Source: a virus
Lineage: Duplodnaviria > Heunggongvirae > Uroviricota > Caudoviricetes
Virus record (IMG/VR): IMGVR_UViG_2923618136_000001
Reading direction: 5' to 3' (one strand)
DNA: 64,000 nt
Shown: piece after piece, positions 1-9,488 of the stretch
How positions within the stretch are numbered: position 1 is the stretch's first letter
How the letters are laid out: each line of letters begins with the position of its first letter
Notes under the pieces: generated by a model
What the model was told of the DNA's origin: nothing
Databases searched by the model: none
The model's input: only the letters and a program-made list of their open reading frames with translations
Program-made: the position numbers and the translations under genes

Positions 1-892
1 CCAGGGTCTTGGTGCCGTACAGGCAGTCGATGCTGACGACGTCCTGCTTTTTGTCGATGTCGTAATCCATGACTACGCGCAGACCGAAACCCTTGTACGA
101 GGCGACAGCGGCGTTGGCCGCACCCTGCGGCAGCACCAGGGGCCTCGTGACCAGGGCAAACGCGGTCCGGTGGAAGGCGACGCCGACCTCCGTGGTGGAG
201 TTGCCGACGGTCTGAGCAGGCACCTTGATGTTTTGCGTCTGGTAAGGATCAAAACCAAAGACACGCCTGCCGAGGGACGCCTCACGCAGACCGTCCGTGT
301 CGCCCCTCGCGTCCGCCCTGTTGAACAGGTCGTCCTGCAGCCACAGCGCCTCAAGCTCCGGACCGACGACCATGTAGCGGTCCGCGCTGGGAACGTTGCG
401 CTGGTTGAGCACTCGCCTGGCGTCGATCGCGGTACGCGGGTCGCTGAAGGGCTTGACGTTCGCACCGGCCGGGTTCGCCGGGAACTGTCCGACGACACCG
501 ACCTCCTGCCTGACGTCGTCCCGCAGGGCCAGGATGTCCCGGTCGATCTTCTGCGCGATGGCCTCCATCGCCGGGTTGAGGAGCTGCACCCCGAAATCTT
601 CAATCCGAAGCGTGAGCTCCTCCGTGGTGACCGCGAAGGACACGTCGGCGAAGTGGTTCAGGGTGACCGGGATGCTGGTCTCCTGCGCGTTCTGGATCTG
701 GATACCGTTCGCGCGCACGTACTCCTGCGCCGTGAAGACCGCCGGCTTCCTGACGTTGACGGTTTCGCCGATCCGCGCGGCGAACTCCTCGTCGTAGTCC
801 CTGTGCACGAGCTGCGCCATGACCGTGGTTTCGTACAGGGTGGCCAGCGCGGCGCGGGCGATCACAGTGGGAGTGAGAAACGTGTTAGCCAT
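1..892 (-). CDS. major capsid protein, 5' portion (gene continues past window start)
   Basis: ATG at 892 (minus) preceded by AAGGAG RBS. Translation MANTFLTPTVIARAALATLYE... stays open to position 1. Sits directly downstream of the scaffold gene, the usual actinophage capsid context. The antisense ORFs 170..1720(+) and 73..603(-) were rejected. Confidence 0.6.
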   Translation of the reverse strand, partial: MANTFLTPTVIARAALATLYETTVMAQLVHRDYDEEFAARIGETVNVRKPAVFTAQEYVRANGIQIQNAQETSIPVTLNHFADVSFAVTTEELTLRIEDFGVQLLNPAMEAIAQKIDRDILALRDDVRQEVGVVGQFPANPAGANVKPFSDPRTAIDARRVLNQRNVPSADRYMVVGPELEALWLQDDLFNRADARGDTDGLREASLGRRVFGFDPYQTQNIKVPAQTVGNSTTEVGVAFHRTAFALVTRPLVLPQGAANAAVASYKGFGLRVVMDYDIDKKQDVVSIDCLYGTKTL

Positions 893-898
893 GGTGGG

Positions 899-1645
899 CT
901 ACTCCTTGGTGTTGGACTTCGAGGCGCGACGCGCCTTCCGGAAGTCGTCGACGGACTTGGTTTCGGAATCGCCGGATCGACCACCGGGCCCGCCGGTGAA
1001 CTCCCCTCCGGATCGGGCAGGCGGACCCACCAGGGACGCCGCCTTGAATTTCGGGTTGTCCTCGATCGCCTGCTGAATCCGCTCCTCCAGGGAGGTGCCG
1101 AAGTCAGCAGCGTTAGGGTCGAGGTCCTTGATACTGCGAAGGAACGACCGGGAGTCGAGCAGCGCGTCGCCGTCCGCCGCGAGCTTCAACGAGGTCCGGT
1201 GGACCCCCAGCTCGACCTGCGTCCGGCGGTGCAGCTCCCGCTCGGCGTCCCTTTCCTTGGCCGTGTTGTCCCGCTCGGAGGTCAGCGTGTCGATCACGGT
1301 TTTCGGATCGACCGGCTTCTCCTCCTCCTGGACGAAGCCCAAGGCCTTACCGATCTGCTGCGCGAGCTCCGCCTTGGCCTGCTCGGCGATCTCCTCCGGG
1401 GACGGCCCGGCCGGGGCCTGCTGCTCGGTCTGCTGCTGGAGCTGCGTCCGGTACTTCACCGCGTCATTACGAGCACGACGCAGCTCGGCCTGAGCCCACG
1501 CGGGCAGGTCGTCGACCTTCCGCGCGTCCGGCTTGCCCTTCTCTCCGTCCTCGACAACCGGAACCTGCTCGGAGGTGGTCGCCTCCGGAGCGGGCTCTGT
1601 GGTCCGGTCTTCCGTGGAGTTGACCTCGATCGCCTCGTCAGCCAT
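899..1645 (-). CDS. head scaffolding protein
   Basis: ATG at 1645 with AAGGAG RBS. Acidic, Glu/Gln/Ala-rich, coiled-coil-like sequence (AELRRARNDAVKYRTQLQQQTEQQ...). Lies between the MuF/portal genes and the capsid gene. Confidence 0.55.
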   Translation of the reverse strand: MADEAIEVNSTEDRTTEPAPEATTSEQVPVVEDGEKGKPDARKVDDLPAWAQAELRRARNDAVKYRTQLQQQTEQQAPAGPSPEEIAEQAKAELAQQIGKALGFVQEEEKPVDPKTVIDTLTSERDNTAKERDAERELHRRTQVELGVHRTSLKLAADGDALLDSRSFLRSIKDLDPNAADFGTSLEERIQQAIEDNPKFKAASLVGPPARSGGEFTGGPGGRSGDSETKSVDDFRKARRASKSNTKE

Positions 1646-1803
1646 GGATGTCTCCTTGAATCGGTGATGTGCCGCCCGGCCTGCGGGCGCCGCACACCGC
1701 CCGGCCTGCGGGCGGCATGAAAAAAGGCGCACCTGGTGGGGTGCGCCTAGAAATGAAAAAGGCCCGCACCGGGCGGGCCTTTCACGTGGTGGTGCGGGAT
1801 GAG

Positions 1804-2139
1804 CTAGTCGACGACCAGCTCAAACTCAGGGGCGTACAGGGCGGGGTCGAGAACATCGCGGGCGGGTCTACCCGAGGCGTAGGCGTTCCTGAGAATGCCC
1901 CACAGCCGCGATTGCGCCGTGATACCGGCCATGCCCGCGTTCTCGCTCGGGACGAACCCGGCCGCTTCCTGGCCATCCGTCCACACGTTGCCGAGGACCT
2001 GGCCAGCCCGGTCCCTCAGCGACGCTCGGCGGACGTCGTCCTTGTTGGCGGCCTTGCTGCTGTAGGTGCTCGCCGTCCTGCCGACGACGGTGATGGTCTC
2101 GGTGAACCGCGGATGTACGGGTTCCTCGTTCTCAGCCAT
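1804..2139 (-). CDS. hypothetical protein
   Basis: 111-aa ORF between the MuF-toxin and scaffold genes on the same strand. No recognisable motif. Confidence 0.35.
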   Translation of the reverse strand: MAENEEPVHPRFTETITVVGRTASTYSSKAANKDDVRRASLRDRAGQVLGNVWTDGQEAAGFVPSENAGMAGITAQSRLWGILRNAYASGRPARDVLDPALYAPEFELVVD

Positions 2140-2160
2140 TCCTACATCATCCCCCTACGT

Positions 2161-4716
2161 TTAGTAGCCGGTGTGGGCGTCACCGAATGCGTCAGGCTGC
2201 CAATCGTCAAGCGGCGCGTCATCGAACCAATCATCGGGGACGACTTCCGCTTCAATGAACCATTTCGAGCCCACTTTATACACTGAATGAACAATGTAAG
2301 TTGTGTCGCGACGCAAGAGCAATTCGCGTTCGCCTGGATTCGCCGAAAGCCCGTCCACGTTGATCGCTTCGTGGCCGCCAGGCACACGCAGCATCAGCCT
2401 GATCGGCTGGTAGGTGAACGCGGCCCGCTGGCCCACGCTCGTGGACATGTACGCCTTGTCCCGCATGACCCGGCCGATCAGCCCGTACATCTCGTCCGGA
2501 GAGTTGATGTCCACGCCGTTGGCCTGGGTGTAGCCAGAGTCAACACCTCGATGCACGATGACCGACTCGGGAACCTTCTGCCGAGTCATCGCCTTGTCGA
2601 GATCGTCGATCCGCTTCATGGTCGCGGAGCTGCCGCCTCCCCGCCGCAGAGCGTTGTTCATCGACGTGAAGGAGTTACCGGTGTAATCCCAGATCGCCCG
2701 ACGTTCCTCGCGAACCCACTGGTCACTTGGGATCGCGGGCATTTTGTCCTGAAGCCACCGCATGCCCTCGGAGTTCGTCCGGTGGCGAGCAGCGTCCCGC
2801 ATCGAAGACGTACGGCGGTCGGAGGCGGGGAGGCGCTGCAGGAGGTCGGCCCGGCGTGCGATCAGCTTGTCCGCGATGCTCTCCGGAAGCCCGGAGTCAG
2901 CCACGATGCTGCGGATCGCGTCTGGGGTGACCTGCTCGACCCGTTTGAGGGCGGCCAACTCTTCGGCCGGGGTCATGTCAGAGAAGAGTCGGCTGGCCTG
3001 GGGCGCCGTGCCCTTATCGCGCATGGTTGTCCACTCGGGCACCGTGTCGCCGAACGCGTCACCCTTGGGATCACCCTGCGCCCGGAACAGCATCGAGCCG
3101 CCGGTGTCGATCCGGGCGACGTCGCCGCTGTCGGTCAGCAGCATGTTGTCGAACGTCAGACCAGCGGTGTCCCAGTTCGCCAGCCACGCATCGACGGCGA
3201 ACCCTTCCCGAGCTGGGCCCCGTAGCTTCTCGGGAGTCGTCTGAACGCCGTCGATGATGCGGCTCGCAGTCTGCACGCCGTCCGGAAGGCCCGGCGCTCC
3301 GCGACCACGGTGGATCTCCGGAACGCGAATGCCTGCTGCGGCGTAGAGGCGCGTGGACGCGATCTCGTTGGCGGCATGCTGTTCGGACTTCTGGGTTTTG
3401 ACGTAGTAGCGGTTGCCGTTCTCGTCCTCGAACAGGCCGCCCGGGTTGCTGCCGCCCTGGCCGCCGACTTGGCGGAGTTTGCTGAAGTCGCCGGCCTCGA
3501 CGCCCGTGAGCGCAGGTGTCGACGCAGGCGCAGGTGTCGGCGTCGGCGTCGGCGTCGGCGGAGCAGGCTTCGGCTTCGGCTTCGGAGGCACCAACGACGG
3601 ATGAAGATCCGGCGAAGTCGTCTCATCAGGACGAACCCGCTCACGAGCCGACTGCCGCAGCAGTCCCGTCTTGTCCAGGTGCTCACGCATCTGCGCCTGA
3701 TAAGCCTTGACGTGCTGGTTCGCGGCCTTCTTCTCCGAGCTGCCCTCCGGGGCCGCCGCCGCACGCCGCTTCCACCCACGGATCTGCCGCTCCAGGCGCC
3801 GCTGCTCCTGCGAGTCCTCGTACGTGCCCGTCGTCATCAGCTTCGGCGGCGGCTTCGTCAGACCAGGCAGATACACCGAGAAGGTGTGCTTGCAGTTCGG
3901 ATGCTGGAGCCCAGCCTCGCGAGCATCAGCAACGGTCCCCGCGACCTTCACCGTGACCGGATTGCCCGTCAGGACATTCGTCTCCTTCCGGTCCCCCGCC
4001 GTGCCGGCCTGAGACAGGATCTTGCCCTCCCACGGCTTGCACACCGGGCACCGGTACGGAGCCCGCGAAACAATCACCAGGTCGCGGCCGTTCTCCCGAA
4101 GCGTCGACAGATGCCCCTCGTTCGCCGCCCGCGCCATCGCCGTCCGGGCCGCCATCTCCGCGTACGCCGAGATAGACCAGGTGCGGTTCTTCGAGTCAAC
4201 GAACCCGCTGATGCCCTTCGCGGCGAACTTCTGCAGCGCCGCGGTCGTCGCCTGCAACCGCGTGACCGCGCCGGTCAACGCCAACGGCGTCGTCTCCGCA
4301 ATCACCTGCCGGTAGATGTCGTTGACCATCCGCAAAGCGCCCGTAGTCAGAGGCGGCAGCAGGCCCAGCGACTCCTTCAGAAGCTGCACCAGGCCCTGCC
4401 CGGGGGTGAGAGCACCCTCCGAGCCCAACTGGTCCAGTTCCTCCGCCGCTCGCTGCAGGCCGTCTTCCCATGCCTGGGTGACGCCCTTCTTGAGGAGTTC
4501 AGACGCGAGCGTTTCCAGATCCTTGAGGACCTTCTCCGCTTGGGCGCTGAGCTCCTTGATCGCAGCGAGTCGGTCAGCGGCGTACTGCGGGCTGGTGCCT
4601 TTCGCTACGGCCTTACCGATGACCTCGAACAGGTGCTCCTCAGCGTCGGCGTACGTCGCGGAGATCGCCATGGCGAGCTCGATACGCTCCTCGACCGCCG
4701 CTATCGCCTCAGCCAT
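2161..4716 (-). CDS. MuF-like minor head protein fused to C-terminal ADP-ribosyltransferase toxin domain
   Basis: N-terminal SPP1 gp7/Mu F-like motifs (VSRAPYRCPVCKPWEGKIL...LQHPNCKHTF). A PT-rich linker (PKPKPKPAPPTPTPTPTPAP) follows, then a middle domain with kinase-like motifs (LANWD...DNMLL...IDTGGS). The C-terminal ART has the R-S-E triad (YTGNSF..NNALR, VHRG, YMSTSV, GERELLL). The start overlaps the portal stop. Confidence 0.75.
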   Translation of the reverse strand: MAEAIAAVEERIELAMAISATYADAEEHLFEVIGKAVAKGTSPQYAADRLAAIKELSAQAEKVLKDLETLASELLKKGVTQAWEDGLQRAAEELDQLGSEGALTPGQGLVQLLKESLGLLPPLTTGALRMVNDIYRQVIAETTPLALTGAVTRLQATTAALQKFAAKGISGFVDSKNRTWSISAYAEMAARTAMARAANEGHLSTLRENGRDLVIVSRAPYRCPVCKPWEGKILSQAGTAGDRKETNVLTGNPVTVKVAGTVADAREAGLQHPNCKHTFSVYLPGLTKPPPKLMTTGTYEDSQEQRRLERQIRGWKRRAAAAPEGSSEKKAANQHVKAYQAQMREHLDKTGLLRQSARERVRPDETTSPDLHPSLVPPKPKPKPAPPTPTPTPTPAPASTPALTGVEAGDFSKLRQVGGQGGSNPGGLFEDENGNRYYVKTQKSEQHAANEIASTRLYAAAGIRVPEIHRGRGAPGLPDGVQTASRIIDGVQTTPEKLRGPAREGFAVDAWLANWDTAGLTFDNMLLTDSGDVARIDTGGSMLFRAQGDPKGDAFGDTVPEWTTMRDKGTAPQASRLFSDMTPAEELAALKRVEQVTPDAIRSIVADSGLPESIADKLIARRADLLQRLPASDRRTSSMRDAARHRTNSEGMRWLQDKMPAIPSDQWVREERRAIWDYTGNSFTSMNNALRRGGGSSATMKRIDDLDKAMTRQKVPESVIVHRGVDSGYTQANGVDINSPDEMYGLIGRVMRDKAYMSTSVGQRAAFTYQPIRLMLRVPGGHEAINVDGLSANPGERELLLRRDTTYIVHSVYKVGSKWFIEAEVVPDDWFDDAPLDDWQPDAFGDAHTGY

Positions 4717-6284
4717 CAGAGGTCGTCAGCCTCGTCGGGGATGATCTGGTCGGTGAACGTCGCCGGATCCGGCACGTTCAGGCCCAGCTCGTCACGCAGG
4801 CGCCGCTTCTCCGCGCCGACCTGCTCCTCGTCCCAATCCGGGTGAACCATCCGGATACGGGTGTCGATGGACGCGGACTGCGCGCGGTTCAACAGGTCCA
4901 CGGTGCGGGCGACGCCCTCGGTCTCCAGGAACACGCCGTCCGGCCACTCGACCTGCGGACGTTCGCCGGACACCTTCGTCTTGTAGATGTAGTGATCCAC
5001 CGACAGCAGGCACTCGCCCAGCCATGCCAGAGCGGGAGTGTTGTAGCCGATCTTCCGGCCGCGTGTGGTGAGGGACTGCCGCTCACGGGAGTGAATCTCC
5101 GTCGCGGTGGCTTCGACACCTTCGCCGGCCTCGCCGAACGACTGCACCGAGTAGCCAGCGCCACGGACGATCGCCGCGACGAGGGTCTTGGCGGTCTTCC
5201 AGTGCTCCTCGACGCGGATCTCGAACTGCGACAGAGTGATCATGTTGCCGCTGCCGTTCGCGGGCGGCAGCATGCCGATACCGGAGTAGATCTCCCGGTC
5301 CGGGTCCCAGTACGAGCCCCGGCCGCGGCCGGTGTTCTGCAGGTAGACCTCGGGCACGATGATCCGGCTTTTGCCGAGCCGCAGGTCACGCATCCAGCTC
5401 GTGTAGGTCTCGTCCAGGGCGTCCATCAGCGGCTCGACCCCGGCGTAGTCGCTGCGGCCCAGGTTGGTGCCGCGCAACGTCCGGTGCGGCCTCATGTTCG
5501 GCACGTAGTGAACAAGCAAGCCCTTTGGATAGCCGGAGTCGAACCCGCCGTCCGCGTCTACGATCGCGGCGAACCCCTCGGTTGCCGGGTGCTCCTCCAA
5601 CGGCACAGGGTGGCCAAGACGGCTGTCGTCACCCTGGTAAAGGCCGTGGTAGACGCGGCCTTTCTCGTGCCTTTCCAGATGCCGCCAGACGACCTTCTGG
5701 TCCTCCCCCACGACCCGCCAGAACGTCACCGCGCGAAGCCGACCCGAGTGGAACTCAGGCACCGCGCTGTCGGCGGGCAGCGAGTCGTACACCGGGTAGT
5801 CGGCCATCTCGGTGTCCCAGCCGACCCGCCAATACGACCCGCCGTACGCGGAGCACAGCTCGCCGGCCTCCAGCAGCCCGGCGTACACCGAGCCTTCGTT
5901 CATGATCTGGTCGAGGCGCTTCTGGGTTTTCTTCCCGGCCGCGCGTAGCGTCGGCGGCTCGCTGAACAGCAGGTCCGCGGACTTGGAGGCGATATCCGCC
6001 GCCAACGGAACGTGAAGCTTCGTGCTGCGACTCTGCCCGGCCGGGATCGGACTGCCCCAGAACCAGCGGGCGACGCGACCAATAGCGCCACCCGCGAACT
6101 GCAGCGGCCTATCCCAGCCCTTGAGGTCCAGGCCCAGGCCCGGCGTCACCGCACCGTTGCCGTACACCTCAGCGAGCCGGTCAGGGTCACCGGAGTACCA
6201 GGCCCCATGCTGCCCGTACAGGCGCATCTCGGCCCGCATATGCGGCGGCGGCCACTCCTGGTCGTGTGTGGGGAGCGGCATCAC
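4716..6284 (-). CDS. portal protein
   Basis: About 520 aa, located between the terminase region and the MuF gene. Composition and layout are typical of SPP1 gp6-like portals. A GAGAGGTGG RBS precedes the start. Confidence 0.7.
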   Translation of the reverse strand: MMPLPTHDQEWPPPHMRAEMRLYGQHGAWYSGDPDRLAEVYGNGAVTPGLGLDLKGWDRPLQFAGGAIGRVARWFWGSPIPAGQSRSTKLHVPLAADIASKSADLLFSEPPTLRAAGKKTQKRLDQIMNEGSVYAGLLEAGELCSAYGGSYWRVGWDTEMADYPVYDSLPADSAVPEFHSGRLRAVTFWRVVGEDQKVVWRHLERHEKGRVYHGLYQGDDSRLGHPVPLEEHPATEGFAAIVDADGGFDSGYPKGLLVHYVPNMRPHRTLRGTNLGRSDYAGVEPLMDALDETYTSWMRDLRLGKSRIIVPEVYLQNTGRGRGSYWDPDREIYSGIGMLPPANGSGNMITLSQFEIRVEEHWKTAKTLVAAIVRGAGYSVQSFGEAGEGVEATATEIHSRERQSLTTRGRKIGYNTPALAWLGECLLSVDHYIYKTKVSGERPQVEWPDGVFLETEGVARTVDLLNRAQSASIDTRIRMVHPDWDEEQVGAEKRRLRDELGLNVPDPATFTDQIIPDEADDL

Positions 6285-6444
6285 ACCACCTCTCGTTCGT
6301 TCAGCAGATGCGCCATTGAGAGCCAGGAACTGGCCAGGTTGTCCAGCCGCTCCATCAGCGGCAGGTTCGTCAATTCCAGTTCGGCCTGCTCCAGCAGGCG
6401 TGCGGCATGGTTCACCGCTTCGTCGACAGTCACGGGGGTCTCAA

Positions 6445-6735
6445 TCAGGTGATGGGGACGAGGCCGGACGGGAGCACGGGCCGTTCAACGGCTCCGTTCA
6501 CCCGGATCCACGCCATGTAGGTGCCGTCCGGCAGAGCGACCGCGCCGCCGGGGCCGATGAGAATGCGCGCCCGCGCACCCGTCCCGGTGCTGCTGGCCCA
6601 CTCCGCGGTGAGCCAGTCGTCTTCGGCCGGCTCGCCGCCAGGGTTCGTGAAGGCGATCTCCACCTCCTCGGATCCGGATGCGCCGTCGACCTGGATGTAC
6701 AAATACGGGCGGGAGAGCGAGGAGATCGGTTCCAC
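6445..6735 (-). CDS. hypothetical protein
   Basis: GTG start at 6735 with a strong GTAGGAGGT RBS. 96 aa. Part of the five-gene insert between terminase and portal. Confidence 0.4.
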   Translation of the reverse strand: MEPISSLSRPYLYIQVDGASGSEEVEIAFTNPGGEPAEDDWLTAEWASSTGTGARARILIGPGGAVALPDGTYMAWIRVNGAVERPVLPSGLVPIT

Positions 6736-6747
6736 TGCAGAGACCTC

Positions 6748-7437
6748 CTACGTAGTGGGAGAGCCCGCGGACCAGTCGGTGCGCGGGGAGGATGCCTGCC
6801 ACGCCACCCACGGCGGGCTGGCCTTCAGCGGGGGTGTTCGGCGCAGGATCGGCCAAGCGGTGCCGGTCTCGGTGGCCTGCGCGAGCTGCCGGGCCTTGGC
6901 CCGGTGAACCGGCCTGGCCTGCCCGGTCTCAACGACCAGGCCCAGGCGGTGACTCATCGCGAAGGCGATCGGCTGGGTGTGCCCGGTCTCGACGACCAGG
7001 CCCAGGCGGCGGGCCTTCACGGGCATGATCGGCCGAACGTGCCCGGTCTCGACGACCAGGTTCACGCGGACGGTCGCGCTGATCGGCAGAGCCTGCCCGG
7101 TCTCGGCCACCAGGCCCAGAGGTGCGATCTTCGATCGGCCGAAGTCCCACACCGTCCCGGTCTCAACGACCTGCGCGACGCAGCGGGCCTTGACCGGCTG
7201 GACCGGGCGCGTCTCGCCAGCCTCGACGACCAGGCCCAGCAGGCGGGTCTTCGTCCGGCCGACCGGCTGAACGGTCCCGCTCTCGGTGACCTGACCGGCT
7301 ACGCGAGCCTTACCGGGCGTTATCGCGCCCGGTGTGCCGGTTTCGGTGACCTGCCCCAACGGGAGGATGATGACGTCGCTGCGGACCCGGCCGGTGACGA
7401 CCGATCTCGCCGGAAACCCGCGACCAAGACGCGGCAT
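6748..7437 (-). CDS. tandem-repeat protein (about 6 x 20-22 aa LGLVVETGxxRPxxPVKAR repeats)
   Basis: ATG at 7437 with AAGGAGG RBS. The protein holds repeated LGLVVEAGETRPVQPVKAR / LGLVAETGQALP / LVVETGHVRPIMPVKARR / LGLVVETGHTQP / LGLVVETGQARPVHRAKARQ units. The DNA shows matching 60-66 bp imperfect direct repeats (gcccggtctcgacgaccaggcccaggcgg...). Confidence 0.5.
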   Translation of the reverse strand: MPRLGRGFPARSVVTGRVRSDVIILPLGQVTETGTPGAITPGKARVAGQVTESGTVQPVGRTKTRLLGLVVEAGETRPVQPVKARCVAQVVETGTVWDFGRSKIAPLGLVAETGQALPISATVRVNLVVETGHVRPIMPVKARRLGLVVETGHTQPIAFAMSHRLGLVVETGQARPVHRAKARQLAQATETGTAWPILRRTPPLKASPPWVAWQASSPRTDWSAGSPTT

Positions 7438-7451
7438 CCGCTACCTCCTTA

Positions 7452-8528
7452 TCACCAGGTAGCGGCGCGCATGGCCGCGATGGAGGACGGTCTCGGGGCC
7501 CTGGGGGCGGCGCGCTGGTTGCCGTAGCAGGCGACCGCCATCGACGCGAAAAACGCGGTGGTGGAGGTGTAGCCCGAGGCGGTGAATATCCGTGATCCGG
7601 GTACCGGTATCGGACCGGAGGAGAAGGAGCAGTAGTTGTTCGTCCCGCTGGTGCTGTAGTCCAAGGCCATGGACGGTGACCAGGAGATTCCACCCACGCC
7701 GGTGCCAGACTTGGCGATGCCGAACACCCGCCCGGCCGCCGCTGGAAGCACCGTGCCGCTCACCGACAGGGAGGTCACGCTGAAGCCGCCGGTCTGGCCC
7801 ACAGCCTGAGGCATCAGCTCCTGGCAGTCGTCGCGTTCATACACGGTGGCGAACAACCGTGGATCAGCTGTAGCCAGAGTGATCGTGATGGACGTATCCG
7901 CCGCTGTGGAGATCTTCGAGAAGAACGCCCGAGCGTCGTCGCCTCCGTCCTTCACCCAACCAGGCGAAACAGACGAAATGCTGACGTGGCTGTTGACCGC
8001 CACGATCAGCCGCGTCCCCGGGGTCGGGGCCGTCCACGAGATGGTGTGCGTCAACGAGGTGGCAGTGCCGGTGTAGCGGGCCGCGACCCGCTTGACCTCG
8101 GCGCTGCCGCCACTGTCGGGCACCGTAAACGTGATCTGGTCGACGAAGGCGGCGTCCAGGCCCCCGGGCTGCGAGGGGTCTTTGGTGTATTGGAAGGAGA
8201 TCCCGGACGCGCCGGTCACGTCATAGGTAGCGGCCTGCGTCCACGCCACATCGCCCGAGACGGCCAGCATCTCCATTGAGCCGATGAAGAAGCGGAAGAA
8301 GTCGTATTTTTCTTCCGAGGAGACGCGGTACCGGAAGGTGACCTCCGTCGCCCCGGCGGGCAACGGGATCACCGCTTCCGAGACTCCGCTGTCTGCGATG
8401 GTCGCGCTGCGGAGCGAATAAAAGCCGGAGGACGCAAGCTGACTGGACCGTGTCCACCCGCCCGTAATCGGGAATGCGTACGTGGCGTCCTCAAAGTCCT
8501 CAATAAGCGTCGCCACGGCGACCCCCAA
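7452..8528 (-). CDS. hypothetical protein, Gly/Thr/Ser-rich (possible virion or surface protein)
   Basis: 358-aa ORF with a TTG (or downstream GTG) start. Low-complexity TGTATSLTHTISW... stretches resemble fibre or structural proteins. No diagnostic motif. Confidence 0.45.
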   Translation of the reverse strand: MGVAVATLIEDFEDATYAFPITGGWTRSSQLASSGFYSLRSATIADSGVSEAVIPLPAGATEVTFRYRVSSEEKYDFFRFFIGSMEMLAVSGDVAWTQAATYDVTGASGISFQYTKDPSQPGGLDAAFVDQITFTVPDSGGSAEVKRVAARYTGTATSLTHTISWTAPTPGTRLIVAVNSHVSISSVSPGWVKDGGDDARAFFSKISTAADTSITITLATADPRLFATVYERDDCQELMPQAVGQTGGFSVTSLSVSGTVLPAAAGRVFGIAKSGTGVGGISWSPSMALDYSTSGTNNYCSFSSGPIPVPGSRIFTASGYTSTTAFFASMAVACYGNQRAAPRAPRPSSIAAMRAATW

Positions 8529-8542
8529 TCAGCGAGAAGCCG

Positions 8543-9013
8543 TCAGATGCCCTCGCGCCAGCGCATGGTCGCGGTGGCGGCTACAGCGGCGGCGGCGGTG
8601 CAGACGATCGCGATCCGGCCTGCCGCGTTGACCACGATTTCGTCGCCGAGCGGAATCTGGTAGATCACGCCGGACTGCGGGTGAATCTCGATCGCGGCCA
8701 GGACTTCGGCCGAGGTCGGCTCTGCCGTCCACACCGCGGCGGCTGGCCCTTGCAGGAAGGTGCTGACCGAGGCCGGGGAGGCGGGGTCGATCGGGTTCGG
8801 GCCCCAGTTCGTGGCCAGGTTGGCGCCGCCGGTGCCTGCGGTGGTCTGTCGCTCGACGGTGACGAGCACCGGCTGCGCGATGCCGGAGACGCCCCGGAAG
8901 CTGATCGTTGCCTCGTACAGGCCGTTGCGCTGCGCCCCGGCGAGCATCTGCAGCAGGGTCTTCTTGGCGGTTCCAGTGGTCACACCGGCCGCGCCCGCGA
9001 AGTACTTGGCCAT
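8543..9013 (-). CDS. hypothetical protein
   Basis: 156-aa ORF, ATG at 9013, tightly spaced with its neighbours. Confidence 0.4.
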   Translation of the reverse strand: MAKYFAGAAGVTTGTAKKTLLQMLAGAQRNGLYEATISFRGVSGIAQPVLVTVERQTTAGTGGANLATNWGPNPIDPASPASVSTFLQGPAAAVWTAEPTSAEVLAAIEIHPQSGVIYQIPLGDEIVVNAAGRIAIVCTAAAAVAATATMRWREGI

Positions 9014-9017
9014 GTCG

Positions 9018-9488
9018 TCACACCGCCCGGAAGAAGCCGACGGAGTCGATCTGGGCGACCATGTTGGAGCCGTCCGGGATCATGGGGAAGTCGTGGCTGG
9101 TCAGCGGGATGATCTCGCTGTCGGCCGATTCGGTCGCTGGCCGGTAGCAGATGGCGATCTTCGCCCAGTTCGAGCCCGGCAGGACGTTGGTCCACGTCTG
9201 GTCGGGGATGTCGAGGTCGATGCGGTCGTTCGCGTCGTCAGGGCTGAGGACACCGAGGTCAGCCGCCGTCAGGACCTTACGGACGTACCCGCCGTTGGTC
9301 GCCTCGTTGGTGGCGCCCGCGAGGACGTCAGCCAGCGTGTCCTTGTCCTTGAGGACCGCATCGGACTCAACGTCCTCCTCGGCCAGGACGACCAGGAGCA
9401 GCGCGCTGTCGGCCGGGTCGCCGGTCTTGACCCGGTTGTACAGCTCGACGGCGCGGCCCTTGCTGATGTTGAACTGAAAATCAGCCAT
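9018..9488 (-). CDS. hypothetical protein
   Basis: ATG at 9488 (MADFQFNISKG...) with GAGGAGA RBS. Immediately downstream of the large terminase gene. Confidence 0.45.
   Translation of the reverse strand: MADFQFNISKGRAVELYNRVKTGDPADSALLLVVLAEEDVESDAVLKDKDTLADVLAGATNEATNGGYVRKVLTAADLGVLSPDDANDRIDLDIPDQTWTNVLPGSNWAKIAICYRPATESADSEIIPLTSHDFPMIPDGSNMVAQIDSVGFFRAV

Noticed and set aside
170-1720. 516-aa plus-strand ORF, plus 73..603(-) and 396..797(+)
   Set aside because: They lie antisense to or out of frame with the capsid and scaffold genes, which have clear RBSs and protein-like sequence. Their Arg/Gly/Val-rich composition is typical of spurious high-GC ORFs.
3310-4845. 511-aa plus-strand ORF rich in Arg and Leu
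   Set aside because: It is antisense to the MuF-ART gene. The low-complexity R-rich translation is typical of the wrong frame in 70% GC DNA.
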